In this document: in pieces, positions 1-9,963 of the stretch
Numbering within the stretch: the stretch's first letter is position 1
How the letters are laid out: every line of letters starts with the position of its first letter
Assembly (NCBI GenBank): GCA_004431415.1
Contig: QPMI01000131.1
Location: 1-64,000, forward strand
Reading direction: 5' to 3'
DNA length: 64,000 nucleotides
From: Cyanophora paradoxa CCMP329
Lineage: Eukaryota; Plantae; Glaucophyta
Program-made: the position numbers and the translations under genes
Notes under the pieces: generated by a model
What the model was told of the DNA's origin: nothing
Database searches by the model: none
The model's input: the letters and a program-made list of their open reading frames with translations, nothing else

Positions 1-1
1 G

Positions 2-148
2 GAATACTATGTTGATAAAGCGGAACTCGTTAAAGAGTTTGGGTTTCCTCGGTTTCACAGAAAGCCCAAAAAGAAAGAAGACGAATTAAAACCACCCGAG
101 AAGGAGGAAGCGCCAAAAGAGATAAAGAGCGCTGTTCACAACGAATAA
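2..148 (+). CDS. 3' end of a viral hypothetical protein (partial)
   Basis: Open frame EYYVDKAELVKEFGFPRFHRKPKKKEDELKPPEKEEAPKEIKSAVHNE* running from the window edge to TAA at 148. Confidence 0.45.
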   Translation, partial: EYYVDKAELVKEFGFPRFHRKPKKKEDELKPPEKEEAPKEIKSAVHNE

Positions 149-203
149 GTTGATGCGATATAAGAGGGATTGTAAAATTATCTCTGTATGTTATAAATAT
201 ACA

Positions 204-927
204 ATGCCGCCGAAACGTAGAGGTGTTCCCGCTGGTGCTATGTCATATTCCGGCGGTGAAAGTCATGGATCTCTCAACACCACACCCATGAATTCAACGG
301 AATGAGCGAAGTGAAACCATCACAACAGGAAGAAGACCCCTTAAATGCCGCTTATGAAGAAGCGCCCGTGATAAAGCGCCGCAACATCCCAAAGTGAGCA
401 TTGAACATCTCGCCGGAAGTCTCGAAGATGAAGGCGGTCGGTGAAGGCGCCCGTCGGATTATCGGTGCTGCCGATGATCGTGAACTCGGTCTCAAAGATC
501 TTTCCTCGCTCGCAAGGGTGAAGGTGTTTCCAAAGAATCCGACAAGGTAATTCAATCGATGGCTGGTGAAGTTACTTACAAGGTTGCCCAACTCAAAACA
601 TCCACCGAATCCCGAAAGCGCAATGGGATGAGATGACCGCTAAATTAAAGGATCTGGAAGCAAAATCAAGCGCTCTTGAACAGTATGTAACTGAGAAGAA
701 GGAGCGATCGAAAATCAAGGAAATGCTGCGCAAAGAGGTATTCCGAATGGGTATTACTGGTGTCCTGATAAGCAGTTTATTGGTAAGAAGGAGACCCAAA
801 TTGACGAACAAGCGGTAGATGAGTTGAAGACAAAGACCCAAAAGGGAACTGTTGAACCTGGTGCTACCAAAGCGGAAGTCGACAAAGTGTAGCTCCCACA
901 GCATACAAGCGGAGAGTTTGGCTTTAA
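204..927 (+). pseudogene. Viral hypothetical protein broken by several frameshifts
   Basis: ATG at 204 follows TATAAATATACA (MPPKRRG...). Charged, coding-like fragments continue in shifting frames, including ORF 633..818. The end coordinate is approximate. Confidence 0.35.
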
Positions 928-953
928 TTATATATTGTTTAAAGAGGGAATCA

Positions 954-1106
954 ATGGAGTTTCTGAAAAAGATCATTGAGATGTTTGAGATGCATTGCGT
1001 AACCGATTGTCACAATGACTGCTGCGATACGAAATTCGAAATGGATTTCTCAGATGGTGGAAGCGAATGGAGGGCGAAGGCAATCGCAAGATTCGATAAC
1101 AACTGA
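954..1106 (+). CDS. Small Cys-rich viral protein
   Basis: MEFLKKIIEMFEMHCVTDCHNDCCDTKFEMDF..., preceded by an AT-rich stretch; it is the 3' part of ORF 852..1106. Confidence 0.35.
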   Translation: MEFLKKIIEMFEMHCVTDCHNDCCDTKFEMDFSDGGSEWRAKAIARFDNN

Positions 1107-1381
1107 GACAGTCACCGTTACGGAAACTGAGACTGTCCGTCGCCGATCGTTTTCGCATAACGATCATAAATAATATCTTGGTTTATGGTATCAAATGTCA
1201 CTCGAAGAGATCTACGACATCATACTATCGAAACGAAGGATTTACGCCGTTAAATCTGCAATTGAAGAACGTAGACACCAACTGGCTTTGGTCAACAAAA
1301 AATGACACCATAAAATACTTAAAGACATCAGGCATAATACAGAGTGGTAAAACATTTTCTCAACTACATATAAAGGGGAAC

Positions 1382-1616
1382 ATGGCGACTGTAATTCATA
1401 TAACCGAAGACATGATTAGCGTTGTCGAATTCGGCGATGAAGAAGAGGAGACCCGCGCCAATTACAAGATGAGAGATGCTCTAAGGAAGCGAACGCTCTA
1501 CAACGAAGACCCGTTTATCGGAGTATAAGAAGGCGCAATCGCTCGCTTCATATTATCGTCGTAAGGAGCGGGAGGGAATCGAAAACAAGTCACGGGGACG
1601 TCCACGAAAGTATTGA
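1382..1616 (+). CDS. Small basic DNA-binding protein with C-terminal AT-hook (one frameshift near 1515)
   Basis: MATVIHITEDM...LYNEDP, then the shifted frame EYKKAQSLASYYRRKEREGIENKSRGRPRKY*. RGRPRK is an AT-hook core. Confidence 0.5.
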
Positions 1617-1822
1617 GGGAAATACCCATTTGACCGCTGAACCCAATTACTCATTTTTCGAGCGGTCTATCGATATGCTTCGATAGATCCGTAACCATCT
1701 CCCGATTGCCGTTTTTGGTAATTGAAGAGATATCAACCACTTAAAGGTTAGCCGCCAAAAAATGACAGGAATCCGGAGAAACTCTTTTCTCCATCATAGA
1801 TAAGACACCCCCGATTATCGAA

Positions 1823-4162
1823 ATGAACGCTGCCGCCAAGAAATCCCTGAAACGCCTTGTTGATTGGCTTCGTGAAGACGATGTCCTGTCTGAGAATATC
1901 GTAATACCCGTTGATCCCGATACCAAAAAACCCCTTTTCGCCCATAAAGACGGATCGTGGACTTGGGATAAATTCGATGAAGCCCTGAAATCCGGTAAGT
2001 ATGTTGCTTGGGGCATTCTCGCTCGCAATATCGTGGTTATCGACTTCGACCAAGAGGAGGATTTCACCAAATTCGAGGAGCAATTCCCGATGATTTCGGT
2101 GGTGTCAATCCTCTTGCTAAAACCAAAAAAGGATATCATGTTTACTTCTCTCGTCCTTCTGACTTCGATGCTGTGAAGATCTGGGATAAAGCGGGTGCTT
2201 TCAAAGGTTATCCTAAGATCGACTGTAAGACAATTGCGTCACTGGAACTGCTGGGTTGATCAACGTTTCCCCAAGCCCCGGTAAAACTTGGATCAGAGAA
2301 CCATGGGCGGAAGGCTGTGAGTTGATCGAACCGAGTGCTGAACTCCAAAAGTGGATGATTGACAACTACCTTTTTCCGAAAGGCGGACACTCTTCTATTG
2401 ATAGGAGCATTGAAGAGGATTTGCAGAAACACATTCTCCGGAAACTTGAAGAATTTGGTTTCATCTTACCCACAATCATTAATGAGACCGAGAAGGGTTA
2501 CAGTTTCACTGCTGAGAACAAAGGTCTGATTTGTCCCTGCTGCAAGGGAAGCCATGACTCCAACAATTGGTATATACTTCAAGGGAACGAGAAAGACAAG
2601 TATATTGTTTCAAGTTATAGCACCAATTGCAAGAAGCGAGTTATGACGGTTCGCGTTCAAGCTGATACCGATGTTCAGATTGAAAAGCTAATTGATCGGT
2701 CGATTGGATCTGATGGCGGACATTATGATGTTGCCCAGGTTGCTTTTCTTGTTCTGCGAGACAGCTACAAGTATTCAAACAAGACGTGGTTCAAGTTCAA
2801 CGAGGCTTACGGAATCTGGGAGATGGATGAGACGGGAAACGAATCTATCTGTGTTTGAGTTGCAGGGTTTGCCCGGCTTATCTTCAACGTGCTGTGCAAT
2901 TCGCTCAGAGAGCGCTTCGTGATGAAGAGAATCGTGCATCTTTGGAGGAGAGATCACAGGTTCTTCTTGGTATCGCAAAGAAACTCAAACAGACTAATTA
3001 CCGAACTTCTCTTCTGTCTGATCTCACAGTTCTGATGAACGATAAGACATTCTTCGAGAGACTTGATACTGTTACCAATGTGATTGGATTCACAAATGGC
3101 GTATTTGATCTGAATTCTATGACTTTCCGAAGGGGACTCCCAGAAGACATGATCAGTAAGACTGTTGGTTATGATTATTGCCCCGAGGTGGATTCTGTGA
3201 AAGTCACCAAGATCCTTTCCATCTACTCTGACATCATCGAAGAGGAAATTGAGCGCAATTTCGTGATGGGTTCGATCGCTTTCTCTCTGAGTGGTCGCAC
3301 AGATATTCAAAAGTTCAATTTCTGGACTGGAATTGGAGCCAATGGTAAATCTCTCGTTCAGGAGATGGTCAAGCAAACATTCGGACAGTATTTCGGAACA
3401 ATCAATATGTCATATTGGACGAAACCGAAAAAGAATGCATCAGACGCTACACCTGAACTTGCGGATATTCTGGGTCGTCGCATTATCTTTTCAAATGAAG
3501 CGGAAGATGGCGACAAGCTTCAAATTAGCAAGATCAAAGAGATTACAGGTGGTAACGAGATGAAGGTTCGCGCCCTGTTCAAAGATCCTGTTACCTACAT
3601 TCCTATGGGTCAAATCTTCTTATCGACGAATGAGAACCTGGGGATGAGTAAACCCGATGCTGCGATTTACCGGCGACTCTCTTACTATCGTTTCTCTTGC
3701 GTCTTCAAGCCCAACCCTCAACCTGGTGAGAAGAAAGCGGATACTTCACTTATGTCCATCATGAATGACGACGAATACAAGATGGCTCAAATGTCGATCT
3801 TCTTGGACATGTGGAAGAAACAGGATCTTGCACAGCTGCTGATGAATCCGCCACAGTCTATCATCGATCAGGGACTGGAATACTTCAATGATAACGATAA
3901 AATCGGGGAGTGGCTCCGCAGCACTTATGAGAAGACTGGAAGCCGAAACGATTTCATTAGGAGTGAAGCTATCATTACTGGCTATCGTTCTGTTGATGAT
4001 AAAACCGATGCCGCCAGTATTGGAAAGCGAGTCCGCGAAGTCTTTAATGTGAAGTCTGAAACTGTTCGAGAAAGAGGTCAGGTGAAGCGTGGTTACTTCG
4101 GACTGAAAAAGAAGATTATGATTGAGGACGACGATGACGACGACGTAGAGGCTCCCAACTAA
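1823..4162 (+). CDS. Primase-helicase: Prim-Pol (AEP) domain, Zn ribbon, D5_N, SF3 helicase and winged helix; frameshifts near 2090, 2255 and 2855
   Basis: AEP motifs IVVIDFD and TKKGYHVYF; CPCCKGSH Zn site; D5_N-like IGFTNGVFDL...DMISKTVGYDY; Walker A GIGANGKS; Walker B IIFSNE; motif C LSTNE; arginine finger AIYRRL. Confidence 0.9.
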
Positions 4163-4230
4163 TTACAACAAAACATACTATTCTTACTGATAATTCATAC
4201 TTTTTTTTATAACCTTACTGAAAACAGTAA

Positions 4231-4322
4231 GTGTAACAGGTGTAACAGGTAAATCCCAAACTTCGCTCCTAGGGAGGTGAAAATCCGAAAACTTTGGGAT
4301 TTACCTGTTACACCCGTTACAC
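4231..4322. repeat. Inverted repeat (30-bp arms, 1 mismatch) built of GTGTAACAG iterons; putative origin, copy 1
   Basis: gtgtaacaggtgtaacaggtaaatcccaaa (4231-4260) pairs with tttgggatttacctgttacacccgttacac (4293-4322). Confidence 0.9.
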
Positions 4323-4381
4323 CGAATAAAAAATAAAAATTGACTGGTGATTTAAAAATTGAACGTGTGTCTCAGTTGAAA

Positions 4382-4540
4382 ATGAATAGCGTCAAAATGA
4401 ACCAATCGGTTGTGGAAGGTGATTTGGAAGAGGTTGCAAAGTTCATAAAGTATAATTGTGGTATCAATAACAGGCGGAAGAGAAACTATGTTACTATATA
4501 TATTCCAAAGGAAACAACGGTGAGAATCATTAGAACTTAA
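4382..4540 (+). CDS. Small hypothetical viral protein
   Basis: 52-aa frame that fills the gap between the palindrome and PolB; no recognised motif. Confidence 0.3.
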   Translation: MNSVKMNQSVVEGDLEEVAKFIKYNCGINNRRKRNYVTIYIPKETTVRIIRT

Positions 4541-7500
4541 TGCGTTCAAAATCCAAAATAAAAATGTTCCTTTATAGCAAAGATGCCCGCCAAACGAACA
4601 GACTGATCAAAGAAAAGAAAAATGAAATACTTGGATTGTTAGGAACTCTCTTAGTTACAGGTGAGATCACCGAAGCGGAATACGATAGAGAAGCCGCCAT
4701 CTTAGATAGACGACCGCGATTAGGTCAACTCACTGAGATTGCAAATGACCTCTACGATCGCATGCAACGAATGGAGGAATTTATGGGTGAAGGACAGAGA
4801 TTAGGAGCAATTGAACCGGATATCGAAGATGGACAAGCGATGAATCAAGCGTATTCGTGGTTGACCTATCGCGCCCGAAATGAAGTTGTCGTGGATGCTA
4901 TCGAATTCCTCGAAAGAATCGCACCAAGTCTACCGCAACGCATTAAAACCTGCTTAGAGCAACTGAGAGCCGTTAAAGTCCGTCTGACTTTCGTTTGCAA
5001 ATTTACCAAAGTAGGTAATCCGCGCATCTATATCACCAAATTCATTTACAGCGATTATTTCGTAATTACCCGATCCCGCAACATAGACACAGAAGTTCGC
5101 AAAGCGTTACAGAAAATGCAAGAGGAAATGACGCAAGTGGATAGTTACCGTTTGGAGAAGATCGAAATACTTAGAGGCATTATCATGTCTTATGCACCTG
5201 TGGGAGGATGCTATTTCGCAACTCCCGAATGGATCGCATCCAAGAAAGCGACGGTGAATGTTAAGAATATCGACGGGCAAGATTGCTTCAAGTATGCGAT
5301 TTTGGCTTACCTGCATCGAAAGGACATCAATAAACACAAGAGTAACGAACCGAGCCAATACCGCCGATGGTTAAATGAACTCAATTTCGATGGTATTCAG
5401 TTTCCCGTTGCCTGTGATGCTGAGGTAATCGATCGATTCGAAGAACTGAACCCCGAACTCTCTATTAACATTTACGGAGCCGATAACGCCAAAGAGTGTT
5501 TCTATCCTCTCCATCAATCAAGTAACCCAAGAAGAAAGACCAAGATTAATCTTTTACTTATCGAAAACACCGAAGATGATCGGGGACACTACATTACTAT
5601 CATGTCTTTTAGTCGTCTTCTGAAAACTACGTTTGATAAAGCATGTGATGGTCGCATTTACTACTGTGAAACCTGCTTGTCGCGTTTCAGAACTCAGGAG
5701 AAATTAGACATGCATGTTGAAGCGAATCGCTGCATTGATTGGAGGGAGAGCAAAGGCAAATGCCCAAAAGCGGGAAGCGTAATTGAATTCGGTCTGCAAC
5801 ACTGCGTAAAACTGTGTGGCTCCTGTGATCTGTTACGTTAAAGTCGAAGATCATTCGGTCGCTATTGATGCTCAGAGGAGTAAACGTGAGATTAAAGCGG
5901 TTTCATTGCGAGTGGTAATGGGAGACGAAGTGAGAGCATACCATTTGAGGGAATCGATCCGCTCGGTTCTCTCTTTGTACTCTCCAAGATATCAGACCCG
6001 AAATCGTTGAGACGCTATTTAGAAATATTCCGATGCATCCACTCACAGATGATCAGAAGGCGGAATACAAGGTAACAAAACACTGTTACATTTGCTCTCA
6101 GAGATTCACCCACGAAAACTTCCCGGTTCGAGATCATTGCCACCAATCCGGCGATTTCATCGGAAAGGCATGCCGAAACTGTAACCTCCACCGGCGAATT
6201 TCGAAGCAAACCAAAGTAGCTATCGTGGTGGATCACATGGATGAATGCGGACACGGAATATTCCGCAAGATTGCACAGCAAGACGATAAACTTCGTGTTG
6301 AGATTCTGAGCAAGAATTTCGATCAATACCTATCGCTTCAATGGGGCATGTGGAAGTTCATTGATGCTTCCCATTTCATGGATTTCCAATCTGTGGATGT
6401 GGGCGATTTAATGAGAAAGTTTGAAGCATTCCGCAAATTGGCGTTTTCTCAATATGGATTGGATCCCGCACATTATGTTAGCGCACCAGGTCTCTCTTGG
6501 GACGCTATGCTCAACATACGAAAGTTAAGATTGAACTTATCGATGATGTAGAGAAATACGAATTTGTTGAGAGAGCCATTAGAGGTGGATTTGCTACCAT
6601 GCCACACGATACGCAAAGGTAGAGAATGCTGACGATCATATAGTTTTGTTGGACGCAAATAATCTTTATGGGTATGCTCTCAGCCAACCACTACCTATCG
6701 GAGATTATCGATGGGAAGATGTCACAGAGGCACTTAAAGAGGTAGAGGGTCGAAGCGCATTTATTGAAGTTGACCTTGAATACCCCACATCGCTTGAAGA
6801 ACATTATGATTTCCCACTGATTGTGAATAAAGAAGTGATCACCAATGAGATGCTTGGTGATTATCAACAGAAACTATTAGATCTGACGGGCGAAAAGATC
6901 AGCAAAGACCCCAAACTTACAGCGACATTTACACCCAAGAATAAATACGTGATTGCTCGACCTCTTCTTAATTACATCGTTAAGAAGGGTGTTGAAATCA
7001 AGAAAATAAATAAGGTTCTCTCTTTCGCTACTTCCCATTCATGAAGTCTTACATTGGTTTGAATACTCTTCTCAGGCATGAATCTACTAACCATTTCGAA
7101 AGCGACTTCTTTAAACTCATGAACAATGCAATTTACGGTAAATGCTTGGAATCTTGCAGGGGTCGCTCAACTGTCAAGATCGCTAACAGTGAGAAACTCT
7201 GTAAGAAATACGCAGCAAGTCCGCTTATCAAAGCGACCAATGTATTAAACGAGAATGCCGTTGCCTTTGAGATGTATTCGAAGCATGTGAACTTAGATAA
7301 ACCCGTAGCAATTGGCGCTTTCGTTTTGGATTTTGCGAAACTACATAACTATCGGTTCTTCTATGATGTAGTAAGGAAGAAGTGGGAAACCGCTAAATTA
7401 CTGTTCCACGATACCGATTCGTTCTGTCTTTTCCTGAAAACCAATAATCTGAACGAAGATATGAAAGAGATAGGTGAGTATCTCGATAGGAGCAATTACG

Positions 7501-7856
7501 ATAAATCCCATCCTCTCGTGAGTATCAAAAACCGCATGGTTCCAGGTAAATATAAAAATGAGTTCCCAAATGCAAAGATCATGGAGTATGTGGGTCTGAG
7601 ATCGAAACTCTATGCTTTCAGAACTGAGACCAACGAAAGAGTAAAGATGTCGGGGACTTCCTCGAAAGAGGTTCATTTTGATGATTTTAAGAGATGTCTG
7701 TTCGAAGGCATCATAAAAACAGTATCAGTAACAAACAAGCGAAGGCAAGACCACAACTTATATGACTTGGAGAGCAGAAGGGTCGCTCTAAACCAACTCG
7801 ATAGCAAACGGAAGATATCAGCCGACGGCATTCACAGCATTCCATTTGGTCTTTAA
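4540..7856 (+). CDS. polB: Protein-primed family B DNA polymerase, Polinton type, split by several frameshifts
   Basis: vOTU-like N-terminal region (KKATVNVKN..DCFKYAILA; GHYITI); EndoVII-like Zn finger (CYIC..VRDHCHQSG..CRNCNL); YGLDPAHYVSAPGLSWDAML; motif A DANNLYG; motif B KLMNNAIYGK; motif C DTDSF; RSKLYA; C-terminal DSKR..SIPFG. Confidence 0.93.
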
Positions 7857-8014
7857 TATACTTGCTCAATACTTCTCTTTTTATTTTTTCGATCTCCAAG
7901 TAGCAGCAAACCACGGATCAGATGCAGCAACCATATGCACCTTAAACCGGGGTCATTTGGATCGATCGCAAAGTAGTTTGGTTTCGGGTGTTCTGTCCAA
8001 ACCGGCTCGTCCAT
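7853..8014 (-). CDS. 53-aa hypothetical protein (below the ORF-track cutoff)
   Basis: MDEPVWTEHPKPNYFAIDPNDPGLRCIWLLHLIRGLLLLGDRKNKKRSIEQVY*. It fills the PolB-integrase gap and its stop overlaps the PolB stop. Confidence 0.3.
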   Translation of the reverse strand: MDEPVWTEHPKPNYFAIDPNDPGLRCIWLLHLIRGLLLLGDRKNKKRSIEQVY

Positions 8015-8041
8015 TATTAATATATTGAAAATAAAGTAAAG

Positions 8042-9415
8042 ATGCCCTCAGCACAGATAGGATTGCGACCCATTCCTAAAATCGTAAAGAAGAGCATGAA
8101 AGAAGACCAAGGGAACATGCTACCGATAACCATTCCGGTCGAAGAGAAGAACACACGAATCTTAAAGAAGTCGGAGATGGTTAAACAACTGATCCCGGAG
8201 GCATTGCCTACTGAGACTGTAACGAAAGAATCGAAGATCGCGAAGAAGTTTTACGATCCGCGCACAGGTTACAAAGGTTTCGGGGCAATGAGAAAGGAAC
8301 TACCAGAGGAAGACTACAAGAAGATGAGAGAATGGTATGATAAACAGGAAGTCGTTCAGATAAACGCACCGACCCTTTCAAGAAAGAGAGATCCGATGAT
8401 TCCGATTCGGCAACCTCTCGATACCTACGTAATCGATCTGCTCTTCTTCCCAGCATACAAGAACCAAAACGACGGATACGATACGTTCATGTCCGCGATG
8501 GAATCTACCTTACGCACGGGTTACATCATTCCGATGAGAGATAAGAGCGCTCTTAGGGCGCTTGCGGCGTTTGAACAGCTACAACGAAGAGTTCCTCGAC
8601 CTATCGCACGCGTTCAGAGTGACAGCGGAAGCGAGTTCACAAATAACATGTTCACGAATTACCTTGCTAAGAAGTTCATAGACCATCAGATAAGCGATGT
8701 CGCAGATCATCGAAGCCAAGGTAGAATCGAAGCGTTTAACAAGCAGATCAAACGATTGATCACGAACTATTGCATAGCAAACAACACAGCGCGATTCTTC
8801 GATGTATTGGGAGACATTGAGTATAACTATAATAATACCATCCACTCAGCAACCAAGAGAAAACCAGCAGAAACGACGGAAGATCATTACCGTGAGATTA
8901 TCGGATTAGAAGATGAGAGGTTCAAGAAGTCGATTGCTTACTTGGATGGTATCAAACAGGGTATGTTTGTGAGAGTGAGAATAGAAAAGAACCCATTCGC
9001 TAAACAAGGTGTCAATTGGTCGCGAATCGTCTATACTGTCGAAGGGAGAGAGGGTTTCAAGTTCAGGTTGCGAAATCCGAACGGCGAAATGGTCGAAGGG
9101 AGATTCGCTTTCCACGAACTGTTACCTATCAAAGGTGTTGAGTATCACGAAGCGCCCACAGTGGATGCACTTGAACAAGCGAAAGAAGAAGCCCGGGTCG
9201 ATTCGGCAATTCGCAAGGAAGGCATCGAAAAAGCGGATGACGTCCCAGAAGAACCGTTAACACAAGCCAGAACCAAGAAGAAAGGTAAGGCGGAACGTGA
9301 ATTAAAGAAGTTAACCATAGCAGGAACCCAGAAACTATCAGAAGTCAACAGTCAGAGATGGTATACAGACTTTCAGACCTCAAAAGAGACATATTCAGCC
9401 CACAAACCCGGGTAA
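8042..9415 (+). CDS. Retroviral-like (RVE, DDE) integrase of Polinton type
   Basis: YYDP-like FYDPRTGY N-terminus; catalytic triad in YVIDLLF / VQSDSGSEF / GRIEAFNKQIK; YNNTIHSATKRKPAE; SH3-like VRVRIEKNPFAKQGVNWS. The frame is uninterrupted. Confidence 0.95.
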   Translation: MPSAQIGLRPIPKIVKKSMKEDQGNMLPITIPVEEKNTRILKKSEMVKQLIPEALPTETVTKESKIAKKFYDPRTGYKGFGAMRKELPEEDYKKMREWYDKQEVVQINAPTLSRKRDPMIPIRQPLDTYVIDLLFFPAYKNQNDGYDTFMSAMESTLRTGYIIPMRDKSALRALAAFEQLQRRVPRPIARVQSDSGSEFTNNMFTNYLAKKFIDHQISDVADHRSQGRIEAFNKQIKRLITNYCIANNTARFFDVLGDIEYNYNNTIHSATKRKPAETTEDHYREIIGLEDERFKKSIAYLDGIKQGMFVRVRIEKNPFAKQGVNWSRIVYTVEGREGFKFRLRNPNGEMVEGRFAFHELLPIKGVEYHEAPTVDALEQAKEEARVDSAIRKEGIEKADDVPEEPLTQARTKKKGKAERELKKLTIAGTQKLSEVNSQRWYTDFQTSKETYSAHKPG

Positions 9416-9553
9416 ATCTAAGATCCAGTTCGCGAAAGTAGCATAGATGTGTAGAGGATGCAAAGAGGATTCCGGCGATGGTCGCGGTTTCGAAAATGGA
9501 TGAGTTGGTGAAGAGTTACAGCAGTGTGTATGAATTTCTTGGAATTTTGGGTT

Positions 9554-9785
9554 CAGTTATCATATCATACCTCTCCCCCGGTTATCATATCATATCATAC
9601 TTTCCCCCCCAGTTATCATACTTCTCCCCCCAGTTATCATACTTCTCCCCCCAGTTATCATACTTCCCCCAGTTATCATAATTAATCCCCCAGTTATCAT
9701 AATTCATCCCCCAGTTATCATATCATACTTCTCCCCCCAGTTATCATACTTCATCCCCCAGTTATCATATCACACTTCTTCCCCA
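9554..9785. repeat. Tandem minisatellite, ~20-bp unit CCCCCAGTTATCATACTTCT (~11 copies)
   Basis: Directly visible between the convergent integrase and patatin genes. Confidence 0.9.
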
Positions 9786-9786
9786 A

Positions 9787-9840
9787 TGACGTCACGACAT
9801 ATATACCGCATATATACACGTGACGTCACGACATATATAC
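9787..9840. promoter_or_regulatory. Duplicated TGACGTCA (CRE/bZIP-type) palindrome followed by a TATA-like tract
   Basis: The 20-bp direct repeat tgacgtcacgacatatatac occurs at 9787 and 9821. Function is inferred. Confidence 0.4.
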
Positions 9841-9963
9841 ACTATATATACCAAAACCTCCGTAATGCCGGTTGACCAAGAAAAAATGTTTGGAAAAAAT
9901 GTATATATACGTATACATATACATATATATAATCAAAAAATCGGAAAAAATTCCCTCTCTTTT

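Noticed and set aside
1823-7856. Programmed ribosomal frameshifting in primase and PolB
   Set aside because: There are too many shifts, no consistent slippery site was evident, and the same deletion pattern appears in the fibre repeats.
9130-9415. Chromodomain at the integrase C-terminus
   Set aside because: The tail is charged and low-complexity, without the aromatic-cage pattern.
9554-9785. Interstitial telomere repeat
   Set aside because: The ~20-bp irregular unit does not match TTAGGG-type repeats.
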